The notes: generated from the sequence alone by a model not told the origin. A DNA stretch of 64,000 bases from Octopus sinensis (GCF_006345805.1 NC_043007.1:59892001-59956000); one strand, 5' to 3'; counted from the first letter of the stretch, positions 1 through 13,518 are shown. A program made the numbers and translations.

Positions 1-1820
1 TTCAGTTTTCTTAATGATTTATACCGAAGAAAAAGATAGATTTGGTCAATAACTCAGTGAATGCTGCAGATTTATCGATGATATTTTTATTCCTAACTAT
101 AGGCATTTTGAATATTTGCTGAGTAAAATATATCCGGAGAATCCCGAGGCAAGTAGAAATGGTGACTCCGTAAAAGAAGTTAACAATTTGAGTGTGAGAA
201 AATAGTAAGGACGAAACGAGTATTTACAATAAAACATCTATTTTCTACATTACATCATTGCATTAGGAGTGTAGTAGAATTCCTCTATGGATGGATTATA
301 ACGTGTTTTTCAGTCAGGTCATTAGATATGATAGAATTATAAATAATGTTGGAATGTTTTTGAATAGGTTAATATGTTAAAGGCGCACAGGTAAAAATAA
401 GATTACAGTAGTAAAAGGTTGGTTAAATGTTTTAATTATTTTTTATGTAAACATAGTGAGGTTTTGAGAATGTATGGAATGATCTCGAGTTTACAGTTGA
501 GCCTGGAATTGTAAGGAGTGTTAGCCTTTTACTCTGTGTTTGAGGCGGTTGTCATTTACTCCTGCTGTGTAGCCGTCATTTCCTATAGGGTACAACATCT
601 CTTCCATTGGGTAGTCGAATTGACTTCCACCTGTTGACAGGCTTCAATTTTTCGGATCTTTGGCAGAGTAGGGTTAAGACGTGTATATGTTTTCCGTTAA
701 TTTCTCTGCAACACGTAAGATTTCGTTATATATAGCATTATTTCGATAGTATTTTTATTTTAGTAGTTTTCAATATTCTTAGTTGTGAGTGTATACGTTG
801 ATTGATTTAATTACATATATTTTAATTTTATAATATGGATAATTTGAGTTGTTCCCAAGTAGCAAGTCCATTGGCAGTTTTTAATTATAATGGATTATTT
901 AGTTTTTATTTGCATTTAGGACGTGTTATTAGTTTCTTTTTTTTTCTGTAGTTTCAGCTCAGAGCTGCGACCATGCTGATGCACCGCCGTAATTTGCTTT
1001 AATTATAGATCTATATTTATGTGTGTATATATATATATATAATTTTCTATTTAATTTAATTATATTTACCTTTTTATTTTATTGTTTTACCTTTAATGAG
1101 CAATTTATTTGGTTAATATTATTTCATAGTATTGAACTTGTTTCGTAGATATTGATCTAAGCTTGGCCTTTTCTTTCAACATAGTTGTTTACGTGATGTA
1201 CTGTTCCACTAATCTTTATTAGGCTTGATTTTGGTGCGATATCATGTTCTTGATATGACGTTCAATGAGAACCAATATATCTAGAAGTCTATGTTTGCTG
1301 TATTGTTTGAATTTCCTTTTTGGAATAAACACTTTGTTATAAGTACTATTTTGCAGCAATAAGTTATCACTATTTGTTTACTCTGCTGCTGTTACTTGTA
1401 GTGGATTCCCAAGCCGGTGGATTCCCAAGCAGCGTTTATACTTTTAATGCTGTTGACACTGACGAACTGAATGGTGTCGAAATCATAGTGATATCCGTTT
1501 GGGAGCTGATGAGGGGAATACACATATGTTATGCCTGACTGTGAATTTCTTATGTATTAGTCTCGTCATTTTGCGTTGTCCTTCACTCTTATAAAGTGAA
1601 AAGTCTTTGTAGATTCGTAGTGTGAGATCACTATTGTTTGGTTTTCTTCACAGGTAATCTAATTTGGCTTAGATTATGTTTAGATATCGGTGTTGAATTT
1701 TGGGAGGTTCTGTAGTATATGTATGTATATATGTATGTATGTATGTGTGTATGCATGTATGTATATATATATATATATATATGCGTGTGTGTATATGTGT
1801 GTGTAAGTGTGTGGGTGTAT

Positions 1821-1955
1821 ACACATATGTATGGATGTATGTATACACATATGTATGGATGTATGTATACACATATGTATGGATGTATGTATACACATAT
1901 GTATGGATGTATGTATACACATATGTATGGATGTATGTATACACATATGTATGTA
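1821..1955. repeat. 24-bp minisatellite (ACACATATGTATGGATGTATGTAT) x ~5.5 within a TA/CA microsatellite patch
   Basis: Five consecutive perfect units plus a partial unit read directly; explains the overlapping periodic ORFs. Confidence 0.9.
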
Positions 1956-3497
1956 CGCATACATACATACATACATATAAACATGTATTTACATGTTATA
2001 TAAATACACGCACGCATACATATATATCCTTGCAGGATTCCTTCTGATTTTCTAATATTCTACCGAATTCCACTTTGTCTTTTAAATTTTAAGTGATTGA
2101 TAGGATGGATTACCATTTAAATACTGAGGCCGACGTCATCGACTAATTACCTCCCTTTAAAATCGCTGGTCTTGTCCCCAAACTAGAAACCATTGCTATA
2201 AGCGTAAGAGGTGGTAAAGTAGAAATACAATAGAAAGATAAGCCAGTCTCTGCTCCGGTTTCGGACTTGTATATGTGTGTTGTTAATATTTTTCGAGAAA
2301 GTCATTAACATAGCATCACATGCTCCTCCCACTTTTCCTCTAGTGTCTATTTAAAAGAAATCTTGTCTGTAATTATCAACTTAGATATGGAATTAAGCTT
2401 TCTTCGAAGCTTAATTTTGATTCTCATTTGGAAGAGTTTCACTTCACTGATGTTGCTTATGCTCGAGCAGCTATGCCAGATAAACAGGACAGCAGATAAT
2501 CAGCCAGGCTATTTGCACCAACGTTTCACTGAAATCATAGACAATGAATTGAACTCGTAACAGCCAATTTGAACAAATTGAGAAGACACAACAGAGTAAA
2601 AGAAGCAAGCATTAAAGAAACTGTAGTTCCGTGGCTTTGACAAATGATTCGTTTGCAGTACTGACTTCAATTCCTTCCAAATACATGGAGAAGGCCATAC
2701 ATGAGGATCTCTTTCAACTCACTTAATTCGCAAATGTATTTACGAAGACGACAAACATCATGACTCCCCAAAGACATAATAGGCTTCATATATTCATGTT
2801 TCTTTCCAACAAGTAATTATGTAATCATCATCTCACAATAAACATGGCTGCTCTTTTCTCATAGGATAATTAGCAACATACATGATTGGGAGTCTTATTA
2901 ATGACTAACGTAATAAAAAGCTTAACTAACAAAATTATTGATTTCGGTATATAATAACATGATAATTCATGAAGTGGGGAGGTTGGGAGGGTCTATCATA
3001 ATCAGTTCTTAATTATTTTTCGATCTAATACGGAAGCTTAACAAAGATGTCTAAGTATAAAGCGAATGAGGAATGAACACGCAAGTTAATTACTCAGATA
3101 CAATTAGTGGAAGTTAATAACCCAAAACTTAAGTAGCTTGTATAGTAAGAATCCAAGTAGCTTTCGAATTGCAGTTGAAGTCACAACCCTACACTTACAC
3201 TGCTGAATACTTAAAGAAAATTATAAAAGCCATAAATTTAAGATTGATAACTTTCTGAGTGATTAGATCATAACTGAAGTTGCTTTAATGTAAAAGATTC
3301 AGGAAGAATCCCACTGAAGTATGACAAACAATATACAGGAAAATATTTACATGGGAAAGAATATAGGAAAGACGAACGACAAGGAGTGGATAACTGTCTA
3401 AATTAAACAGACACATGGACAGTGCAACATTCAATCAGCCTCAAAGGCAGACAGACATGTTGGCAGGTAGAAAGTTATATATATATATATATATATA

Positions 3498-3690
3498 TTC
3501 TTTTATTCTTTTATTTGTTTCAGTCATTTGACTACGGCCATGCCGGAGCATCGCCTTAAATGGTTTTAGCCGAAGAAATCGATCCCAAGACTTATTCTTT
3601 GTAAGTTTAGTGCTTATACTATCACTAAGTTACGGGGACATAAACACACCAGCATAGGTTGACAAACGCAGACACACACAAATACATACG
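3498..3690 (-). mobile_element. tRNA-derived SINE, 3' part (octopus OR-like family)
   Basis: TTTCAGTCATTTGACTACGGCCATGC...AAGTTACGGGGAC matches copies at 4490, 20335, 42190, 44510 and 61735. Confidence 0.75.
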
Positions 3691-4099
3691 TACATACATG
3701 TATATATCTATCTATCTATATATATATATATATTATATATATATATTATATATATATATATATATTATATATATATATATATAAAGAGAGAGAGAGAGAA
3801 ATAAATAGAAAAAGAGAGAGGGAGATCTTATTTAGTCATAAATTGGCCCTCATAAAGGCATTCTAACTGTGACCATTTCGTTTGGTTTTTTTCTCTAGAT
3901 ATCTAACAGTAGTGCACACTAGACCACTCTGTGTAATGTATCCTCCAATTTTAAGGACGGAAGAGTGTTATGTAAAGAAGAGTTGGCTGCTATCCAAGAC
4001 TAGATAACGGGTCAAATGACTTGATATATTCAGGCTTTTGATGTCTCCTTGTAGAATTTGTTTTGTAACTTGGTAAGTAACTTCAGTAGAATCAGTATA

Positions 4100-5310
4100 A
4101 AACATAACTGTTATCTAATAGGGGTGATGCCAACGTACTGATATATAACATACTAACTAATACTGATGTATAAGCTGATATTCAACATAGATGGTATCTA
4201 ACATATTGATATCTGACAAATCTTATATGTCATTCCAACATATTAATCGATATCATATTGATATCTAACAATCGCTGATATCAAACAACATATTGATATC
4301 TAGCATACTAATATCTAATACCTCTGATATCTAGTTTACTGATATCTAACAATTGCTGATATCTACCAAGATTCTGATATTTAACAACACTGATACTTAA
4401 CTAAATAGTGAGATTCAACAAAGCTAGATTGTATGACATGCAGATATCTAAGAACATATTGAAGTCTAACATTGCTGATATCTAACAAGATTCTTTTATT
4501 CTTTTACGTGTTTCAGTCATTTGACTGCAGCCAAGCAAGAGCCCCGCCTTTTAGCCGAAGAAATCTAGCCCAGGACATATTCTTTGTAAGCCTAGTACTT
4601 ATTCTATCGCGGTTCTTTTGCTGAACCGCTAAGTTACGGGGACGTAAACACACCAATATCGGTTGTCAAGCGATGGTTGGGAACCAAGCGCAGACACAAG
4701 CCACACTCGTATATATATATAATATATATATATATTATATATATATATATATATATAATATGATGGGCTTCTTTCAGTGTCTGTCAACCAATCAACCAAA
4801 TCCACTCATTAGAATACACTTGCTCAAGGTGCCACGCAGTGGGACTGAACCCGAAACCATGTGGTTGGGAAACAAGTTACTTAGTGATCTTTATATATCG
4901 AAAGTTGTTTACTGACATCTGATATGATTGATATCGAATATACTAATATCTCACATAACTGATATATAACATATCTGGTATCTAACATATCGATATTCAA
5001 CAGACATCTAACATATGATATCTAACAACATATTGGTATCAAACGTAGCTGGTATCTCACATAACGTACCTGATATCTAACAATATAGCTGATATCTAAT
5101 AATATCTAATAAATCTATATTCAATATAGCTGATATTTAACATAGCTAGAATCTAACAAAGCTGATATCTAAATTATTGATATCTAACGTATCGATATCT
5201 ACCATAACTGATATCTAACAACATAGCTGATATCTAACAAAACTGATATGCAAAATATTGATATTTAACATATTGATATTTAACATATCGATATTTAACA
5301 TGGCTACATA
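4100..5310. repeat. Degenerate short-period satellite built on (C)TGATATCTAAC(A), split by a SINE
   Basis: Dozens of GATATC/GATATT-TAAC motifs at ~15-25 bp spacing on both sides of 4490-4885. Confidence 0.7.
4490..4885 (-). mobile_element. Near full-length tRNA-derived SINE (OR-like) with internal (TA)n
   Basis: Head reads TGTTTCCCAACCACATGGTTTCGGGTTCAGTCCCACTGCGTGGCACCTTG on minus (B-box-like); body matches other copies. Confidence 0.8.
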
Positions 5311-5539
5311 ATCCATTTTGATTCGATTAACAGATTAAAATCGATCTGCTACTCAACAGGATCTATAATATAGGTAAAGGTATGTTTCAATATTAACAAT
5401 ATTAAATAGCATTGTTAAATGATGCAGGGATTGTACGCGCCGCGAGGAAGTTGTTGTTGTTGTTGTTGTTGCTGTTGTTTGCTGCTGCTGCTGTGCTGCT
5501 GTTGTTGTTGTTGTTGTTGTTGTTGTTGCTGTTGTTTTA

Positions 5540-5795
5540 GTTCTCAGAACGACCGGTCTTGTTTGCGCTGGTAGATTCTGTGAGAACGGACAGCAAGCTG
5601 CTGTCAGATGTCTAACAGGGTCTCTCTCTGCACATTATAAGCTTTGAGACTTGGTTGTTGATTATCGTGGAAGACATACAACACCAAAGTACCAATCTCA
5701 AAATCCCAGCTGTCCCTAGCAGAGCAGTTTTTTTTAGAGGGTGCTTGCTCCGCTTTCAAGTCAATTCCGATTTCTGTGACATATTTCTCGAATTT
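5540..5795 (-). mobile_element. 3' end of an REL-endonuclease LINE
   Basis: KFEKYVTEIGIDLKAEQA then frameshifted KTALLGTAGILRLVL, the typical C-terminus of R4/NeSL-type ORFs; followed by a (CAA)n/(CAG)n tail. Confidence 0.7.
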
Positions 5796-5824
5796 GGTTG
5801 TTGTTGTTGTTTTTATCAGTAGTA

Positions 5825-5886
<62 letters not shown>

Positions 5887-5914
5887 ATAATAATGATAAT
5901 AGTAATAATAATAA

Positions 5915-6459
5915 ATGCCCTGATGCAGTACCAGGCAGTGTCTCTCATGGCTTCTTATCTTCATTGATATCATGTACATCGTTTTGTCTTGGTATAAAAG
6001 ATGGGCTACAGCAAATATTCTGCTCAATACCACAGATTTTCTTGTCAGTTGCTTGACCTTAACCAGTTGAGCATGTTCCTTAGTGGCTGACGATACGTGC
6101 ATCTCTGATCACAAGCAGAAGTAGTGGGGAAGCATCATAGTCATGTGTTGAGAGGAATGTTTGGGGCTTTGGATAATTCATCTCTGGAAACATGGGTGTT
6201 TCGTTCAATATCCTTAAACGATCCATGTTCAGGGCTCTTTTGAGCAGGATGGGCTACTTGACCAGAAGAAAATTCTAACTGAGCTCCACCTGCAAGGTCA
6301 TGCACTGTTGATCTTGATATGATATCACCGTGTCACGCATACATGGTTGTGATGCACGTGCCTGGTGTACCTTATCAGACAGGTAGTAATGATGGGTATA
6401 CTGGGTTTCATATATTTTACCCCAGTGTCACTTTGATGGCATGCACTGCTATCTCCCTC
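5915..6459 (+). mobile_element. ~545-bp non-coding interspersed repeat flanked by (AAT)n
   Basis: Full copy also at 46599-47153 (opposite strand); partial copies at 6513-6667, 8530-8660 and 15655-15935. Confidence 0.85.
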
Positions 6460-6514
<55 letters not shown>

Positions 6515-6668
6515 GCGTTGATGCAATACCAGGCAGTGTCTCTCATGGCTTCTTATCTTAACTGTTTGGAAGTGTTATCATGTACATTGTTTTGTCATGG
6601 TATAAAAGATGGGCTACAGCAAATATTCTGCTCGATACCACAGATTTACTTGTCAGTTACTTGACCTA

Positions 6669-8253
6669 AATGAACTGGACACTAAATGAACTAACCAAAA
6701 TAGATAGGAAAACAAGAAAAATAATGACAGGATCTAGGATGCATCACTCAAAATCTGACATAGAAAGGCAATATATACAACGTATAGAAGGTTGTAGAGG
6801 CCTTATACAGCTGGAAAACTATTATAAAATAACCACCATAGGACTGCAAAATACCTACTTCAGAAGCAAGGAAAACTGATACAAGTAGCTGCAAAACACG
6901 AGCAAAACAAAATACTGTTCTCAGTATTTAAGGAAGCTGACAAATACAAACAAGAAATCATACCACCTAACAAATATGAAGAAGAAGAAGAAGAAGAAGA
7001 GAAAAAGAAGAAGAAGCAGAAGAAGAAGAGAAGAAGAAGACGAAGAAGAAGAAGAAGAAGAAAGAAGAAGAAGAAGAAGAAGAAGAAGAAGAAAGAAGAA
7101 GAAGAAGGAAGAAGAAGAAGAAGAAGGAAGAAGAAGAAGAAGAAGAAGAAGAAGAAGAGAAGAAGAAGAAGAAGAAGAAGAAGAAGAAGAAGAAGAAGAA
7201 AAGCTATAAAATAAATGAAATCCAAACTAAAACTAGAACAGCAACGGACCATGATAAAACGGTGGCAAGAAAAGCCCCTTCATGGAGGAATATAAAGGAA
7301 ATTGGAATAGAGTGCCCAGTAGAACTGTTACAAAACGTTTGCCTCCTTGGCACGGCCAGAATAATCAGGAAACGTCGAACATGCTGTTGCTTGAGCTTTC
7401 TTAGGGAAACTTAGAACAGCTTTATAACACTGGACTAAACTAGATGCAAAAGAAATAGACGAAGAAAAATCCCAGCAATGGTTGAGAAGCTCAGGACTCA
7501 AAGCAGAGATAGAGGGACAAGACAAAAGCCTCTCCACCAGAAATTACCAAAAACATATATTGAAAAGAAATATAACAAGTAATTGCAGAATATGTGGAGA
7601 TGGACAAGAAACAATAAATCATATTATCTCTGGCTGCTCAGTCCTGGCTAAGAAGGAATATATTCACAGACATGCCAGAGTTGGAACCTACATACACTGG
7701 AAGCTATGCCAACATTATGGAATGACAACAGAAAAAAGTGGTATAGGCACACACCAGAAAAGGTCACAGAAAACGAGAAAGTAACCATACTCTGAGATAT
7801 GCCAATACACACAGATAGAGAAATTAAGGCCAACAGACCAGATATAGTTATCAGAGATCATGAAGGAACAAAAATGCTTTCTAATTGATGTATCAATACC
7901 GGCAGATGACAACTTGTCTATAAAAGATATGGAGAAACTTTCAAAATACAAAGACCTGGAAATAGGGGTAACTCGAATGTGGAATCTAAAAACAGAAACA
8001 ATTCCTATCATAGTAAGTACATTAGGCACGATAACAAATATTCAGACAAATATATAACAAAAACACCAGGACTTACAAACACAGATAACATACAGAAAAT
8101 TACACTACTGGGCACTGTCCACATCCTTCGCAAAACACTTTCAATACAGTATCCATCAGAGCATCAGAACAAAACACAGCACATACCCAAGCCACACAGA
8201 GCTGCGCCCGGTAGTGAAGTGAAAGCACGATATAAAAAAACAAAAAAACACTG
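6669..8253 (+). mobile_element. 5'-truncated, degenerate R4/Dong-like LINE
   Basis: IDRKTRKIMT..H.KSDIER.YI.R.EG.RGL, CCHC knuckle CRICGDGQETINHIISGC, REL motif RPDIVI..CFLIDVSIP..K..KY, ITLLGTVHILRKTL, then (AAT)n tail. Confidence 0.9.
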
Positions 8254-8269
8254 AATAATAATAATAATA

Positions 8270-8463
<194 letters not shown>

Positions 8464-8468
8464 TAATA

Positions 8469-8499
<31 letters not shown>

Positions 8500-8663
8500 C
8501 GATAGTGTGGCGAACTGGCAGAATCGTTTACAAATCTGTGGTATTGAGCAGAATATTTGTTGTTGCCCCTCTTTTATACCAAGACAAAATAATGTACATA
8601 AATAAAACTTCCAATCAGTTAGGATCAGGAGCCACGGGAGCCACTGCATCAGGGCAGTTATTC

Positions 8664-8695
<32 letters not shown>

Positions 8696-8700
8696 TATTA

Positions 8701-8731
<31 letters not shown>

Positions 8732-8801
8732 GTTATTATCATTATTATTATCATCATCATCATTATTATTATTATTATTATTATTATAATTATTATTATT
8801 A

Positions 8802-8861
<60 letters not shown>

Positions 8862-8879
8862 TATTATTATTACTTTATT

Positions 8880-9560
8880 GTATTTCCACAGATTCTAAAG
8901 CTGGAGATGTACTACAGTGCCAGCTGTTCACTATCAGTGAACTAAGGTAATACCCTTTATTTTTCGAGCGCCACCCGGAGTATTCGAGCGGTTCCAAGCA
9001 GTACTGTCTTCTGCAAGTGCTCCACCCTTATTGCAGCCCTTATTTGTTCCATCTACTTCTCAAGATTTTTACTCACTGTTCCCAGCGCTCCGGTGCTACT
9101 ACTACCACCTTTTACAGCGACCACAAATGCTTAACCTCCCAAACTAACCTGTTATATCTATCGACTTTTCTTTCTTCCTTGTCGCAAACCTTGTTGTCAG
9201 CTGGGCATGCTATATCTACGATCCAGCATCGTTTGCGTTCTTTCTCAATTAACACTATGTCTGGTTTCATATTCTCTATCTCATGGTCACACTGAATCAT
9301 AAAATCCCATAGGATCTTCGCATTATCATTTTCGATGATGCCTTTGGGTTTATGTTCGTACCACTTATTTTCTCTGTCAAGTCCATACTTGTTGCAAAGT
9401 TCTACTGGGGACTCTATTCCAATTTCCTTTATATTCCTCTTGATGCTTTCTGATACTGTTCCCAAGGACCCAACAATAATTGGCACTATCTTCACATTTT
9501 TCATTTTCCATAGCCGGGCTATTTCGTACTTTTTTCCAGCAACTTCTGTGGCTAAATCGA
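8880..9560 (-). mobile_element. REL-LINE 3' region, apparently a chimera of two families
   Basis: ORF 9112-9504 has ILWDF, KPDIV and VDIACP motifs; downstream LQKTVLLGTARILRVALEK; (AAT)n tail. Confidence 0.85.
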
Positions 9561-9679
9561 ATTGATTGCGTAGTCCATTCTTGTGGGGTGTTATTTATAA
9601 GTTGGGGTGATATATTTCAGGGAAAGAGGCAAAATACTGAGAATTAAGATGCCTTTAAAAGATTCAAATATTCTCAGAT

Positions 9680-10190
9680 CGACAGTGTTTCATTTTCTTA
9701 GTATAAGAGCTATATCCATAAAAGCAATATCCTATTGTTCTGATGCATTTGCCTTTCCTGGTATTTGATCGTAGTTTTTAAGAGCGCCATTTGATATTAT
9801 TCACAAAGCCGCGATGATCTCAAGTAGTTGTCGTTCTTTGATGTCGCATTTATTTAACTACCCAAACATTTTCAGAAAGGTGTTGTAGTCTGCTGGGATT
9901 GACATGTCTATCAGCAAACTTATTAAAGCAATGTGATTTCCCCCACCAAATATTTGATCAGTAGGCCTGAAATAGTTCGATCAGTTTCAATACGATGCTT
10001 TCAATTCTTTTACTCCCATGGTAGGCTTATGTTCCTACATGTTCTCATATAAAGGTTTAAACTGACAACATATGGTCCAGTGCAAATACTAACCAAGTCT
10101 ATCATAGTGATTAAGATTTTCAGCTGAGGCTAATATAGAGCAGCCAGAGACAAGGTGGTCAATTGTTTCTCTGGAAATACCGATCTCTAA
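9680..10190 (-). mobile_element. Old REL-LINE remnant (knuckle region)
   Basis: ETIDHLVSGCSILA...DRLG.YLHWTIC with many stops. Confidence 0.55.
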
Positions 10191-10194
10191 TCGT

Positions 10195-10696
10195 GGAGGG
10201 AACCTGTGGAATGGATAGAGCCAGAAAGATTGGGATGAGGTGGTGATAAAGGACCTCCAGACGCTGGGCGTCACTGAGAAGATGACGAGGGACCAAGAAT
10301 TCTGGCGATTTACTGTGCTTCAGAAGACACGTCGAGGTAAGTAACTCTGTAGCCTGACCTTCCACGCATACAAATTATTTAAGGCCTATTCCACGCATGC
10401 AGATTCTTTAAGGACTGTGTCGGATCCACGTGAAAAACACTCGTGCTGACACCACGTAAAAAGCATTCGTACCTGTGTCACGTAAGAGCACCCGTGCTAA
10501 TGCCTCGTAAAGGGCACTCAGCACACACTGTAAAGTTATTGCCGTTAGGAAGGGCATCCAGCCGTAGAAACCATGCCAAAAAAGACAAATGGATCCTAGG
10601 CAATTCTCCCTCTAACCCATGCATACACGGAAAACACATTAAAATGATGATGTTGATGTTGTTGATGGTGATGGTGATGATGATGATGATGATGAC

Positions 10697-10770
<74 letters not shown>
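10195..10770 (+). mobile_element. RTE-clade LINE 3' end with (GAT)n tail
   Basis: WDEVVIKDLQTLGVTEKMTRDQEFWRFTV resembles RTE C-termini; 3' UTR GTTAGGAAGGGCATCCAGCCGTAGAAACC; long (GAT)n. Confidence 0.6.
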
Positions 10771-10774
<4 letters not shown>

Positions 10775-12158
10775 GCGGCAGAAATGTTCAGCATTATTTT
10801 TGGGAATATTGGCTTGGAAATTTCCAGTGGGCAGACACTACTGATTCTGAGCTGCTACAATGACGTCCTCTGTTTCTGACTTAAGTTCAAGATGCAGATA
10901 ACCACTGATGGGTCATCTTCGTCTTTTGTTTATTTTCATAAAGCTTCCCGTTGTATATATGTATAAATATATATATAATAATAATAATAATAATATATAT
11001 ATATATAATAACTATTGACCCTTGTAGGGAATTTACCTTGTAATTTTACTTTTCCTTCTATTATCAGTTCGAAGAATCCATATCTTTTGCACATTCATTC
11101 ATTTAGCTTTCACAGAGGGTCTTCTGTTTCATCTTGTTTTTCTTCAGTTTCGGTGATCTTTGATTCCGTTATATATTTCCTGGCTTCTTTTGATGCTGGG
11201 TATAGTTTCTTGATAGTTTCAAGCTTACTAACAACCAGGTCATTAGTGTTCTTTAGACAAGTGTCTAATCTTGTCTTTTTCAAAACTATATGCAATGTAT
11301 ATGGAATAGTTTTGCAACAACTGGAAATTGAAACCGCGACGACTGTGTCACCCTGCTAGGAGCGTATTTGTCTCACGTTAAAAAATCCCTCATTTATATT
11401 CTTTTACTTGTTTCATTCCTTTGACTGCAGCCATGCTGGGACAACGTAAAGTGCTTCTTCTTTGCCTGTTTCTTTTCATATATTTTTTTTTTGACTCAGC
11501 ACAACGATTGTATGCTTTTGAGAGATCAAATGGAAGGGTTGAGATTACATGCCTTTCTCGCAACAATAACAGCAGCAGAATGTATTGAATGGCTTCTTGC
11601 TGAAGGGTGGAATCGTGTTTGAGTCTAGTTCTACGACACTTGGCACTACAATTTCCAAAATGTTAAAGAGAAGCTATTCCCAATAGAATCAAGGTAATCT
11701 TGGGTGTAAAATCGTAAAAAGGACGAGGAAGATGACAGCGAGAGTAGCGAGTAAAGAGAGATGCAGAACTAGAGAAAAAGATGAAAGCAGCGAAAGAGAG
11801 AACGATGATGGAGCAGGGAGCGAATGACAGAGAGGAGGGAAGAATGAATGAAATAAGAGTAGTGAAGAATAGTAGTAGCAGAAAATAAAAGAACGAGGGA
11901 CGTGAATGAAGAAGAGCAACAAAAATGGGGGGTGGGGAATGTGAAAGAAGACGAAACAGAGATTAAAAAGTTGAGATAGATGACTAAGAAAAAAAGAAGA
12001 GAAGTGAGAGTGAGAATATAAAAGAAGCTATAATCATAACACATACACATATACATACAAACATGCATGCATACATGTTCGTGTGTGTGTGTGTATATAT
12101 ACATTATACATAAAAACAGACACACACAAACACACACAAACGCACACACACACATATA

Positions 12159-13360
12159 TTGGGTCATCTCATAGATAATGCGGTTTTTTCAATTACATGA
12201 ACTAAAAGTTGGATAGGGACGGGATGAACTACCTGCATCTACTTGTTATAAAAGCAGGTAGTAATTTTACCTTGTACTTATTCTTAGTGCAAGTTTTAAA
12301 GAGTGCAATTCGATTTTAACAGTTATTTTTTCAAAGCTATAATGGAAGTGACGAAGGAGCATATACGGCATATTTTGCTTTATGAGTTCAATAAAGGTTT
12401 CAACGTAACGGAAAGTGCAAGGAATATTGATGCAGTATATGGGGATCGGACAATAAGCGTAAGCCAGCGTCAACGGTGGTTCCAGAAATTCCGAGCCGGA
12501 AACTACAGCCTAGAAGACGAGCATCGTCCTGGAAGATCTGTACAGCAAACCCTAGTGGAACGAAATCCTATAATAACTGTTGAAGAACTAGCAGAGAAGC
12601 TAGGATTTGGCCATTCAACCATTCATCGGAAAAGTCAACAAATTGGCTCAATGGGTTTCTCGCACACATCCTGAGTCTAATCGCGCGCAGAGAGTGAATG
12701 TGTGCTCTTCTTTGCTATAACGTCTCACGAATGAACCTTTTTTGGACCGAATAGTGACTGGTGATGAGAAATGGGTTCTCTATAAAAATGTGATGCACCA
12801 CAGTAGGTAGGGAATGGTGAAACACCGGCACCCTAGGCTAAAGAAGGTTTTCACCCACGTAAGGTTTTATTTGGTTGATGGATATGAAAGTTTAGTCTAC
12901 TTTGAACTTTTAAACCCAAACTTAACGATAACAAAGGAGATCTAGTGCTGGCAGCTAGAACGGCTTAAGTGATTGCTAGGAGAAAAACGACCATCTTTGG
13001 TTTCAAGACGAAAGGTATTTTTCCATCAGGATAATGCTCGGCCGCATACAGCAAGGATGACATTCAAAAGGCTGGGGCAGTCTGAAAAGGAAACAATGCC
13101 CCATCCACCATATTTTCCGGACATTGCTCCACCTAATTATCATTTATTCTGCAGTCTTCAAAATCATTTGGATGGAAAAAATATGAATTTTGTAGACGAG
13201 GCCAGAACAGTACTGGAGGAGTATTTTTCGTCACGGAAAAGTGAAATTTGATAGATTGAAGAGCATTGTAGAAAATGAAGGAGAGTATATTATACATTAA
13301 AAAAAGAACTTTGTTGATCTTAAATTTGAAAAATAAAAGTATAAAAAATCGCATTATTCA
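12159..13360 (+). mobile_element. Degenerate mariner (DD34D) transposon
   Basis: HTH MEVTKEHIRHILLYEF..WFQKFR, IVTGDEKWVLY, FHQDNARPH, HPPYFPDIAP; TA + TTGGGTC...ATAATGCGGTTTTTT left end with partial complementary right end. Confidence 0.92.
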
Positions 13361-13484
13361 TATATATATATACATGCACATATATATACATGCACATACA
13401 TACACATACATGCATATGCACATACATACACATACATGCACATGCACACACAAATACATTCATACATACATATACACATATATG

Positions 13485-13518
<34 letters not shown>

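Noticed and set aside
1470-1520. GAAA-stem-UA-stem-CTGATGA arrangement like a type II hammerhead
   Set aside because: Stem II does not pair and stem I needs a bulge; compatible with chance
1-1640. Strand-biased segment resembling a decayed minus-strand retroelement ORF
   Set aside because: Stops in all frames and no diagnostic motif recovered by eye
2391-2416. Perfect 10-bp hairpin AATTAAGCTT/AAGCTTAATT
   Set aside because: Isolated, AT-rich, no supporting context
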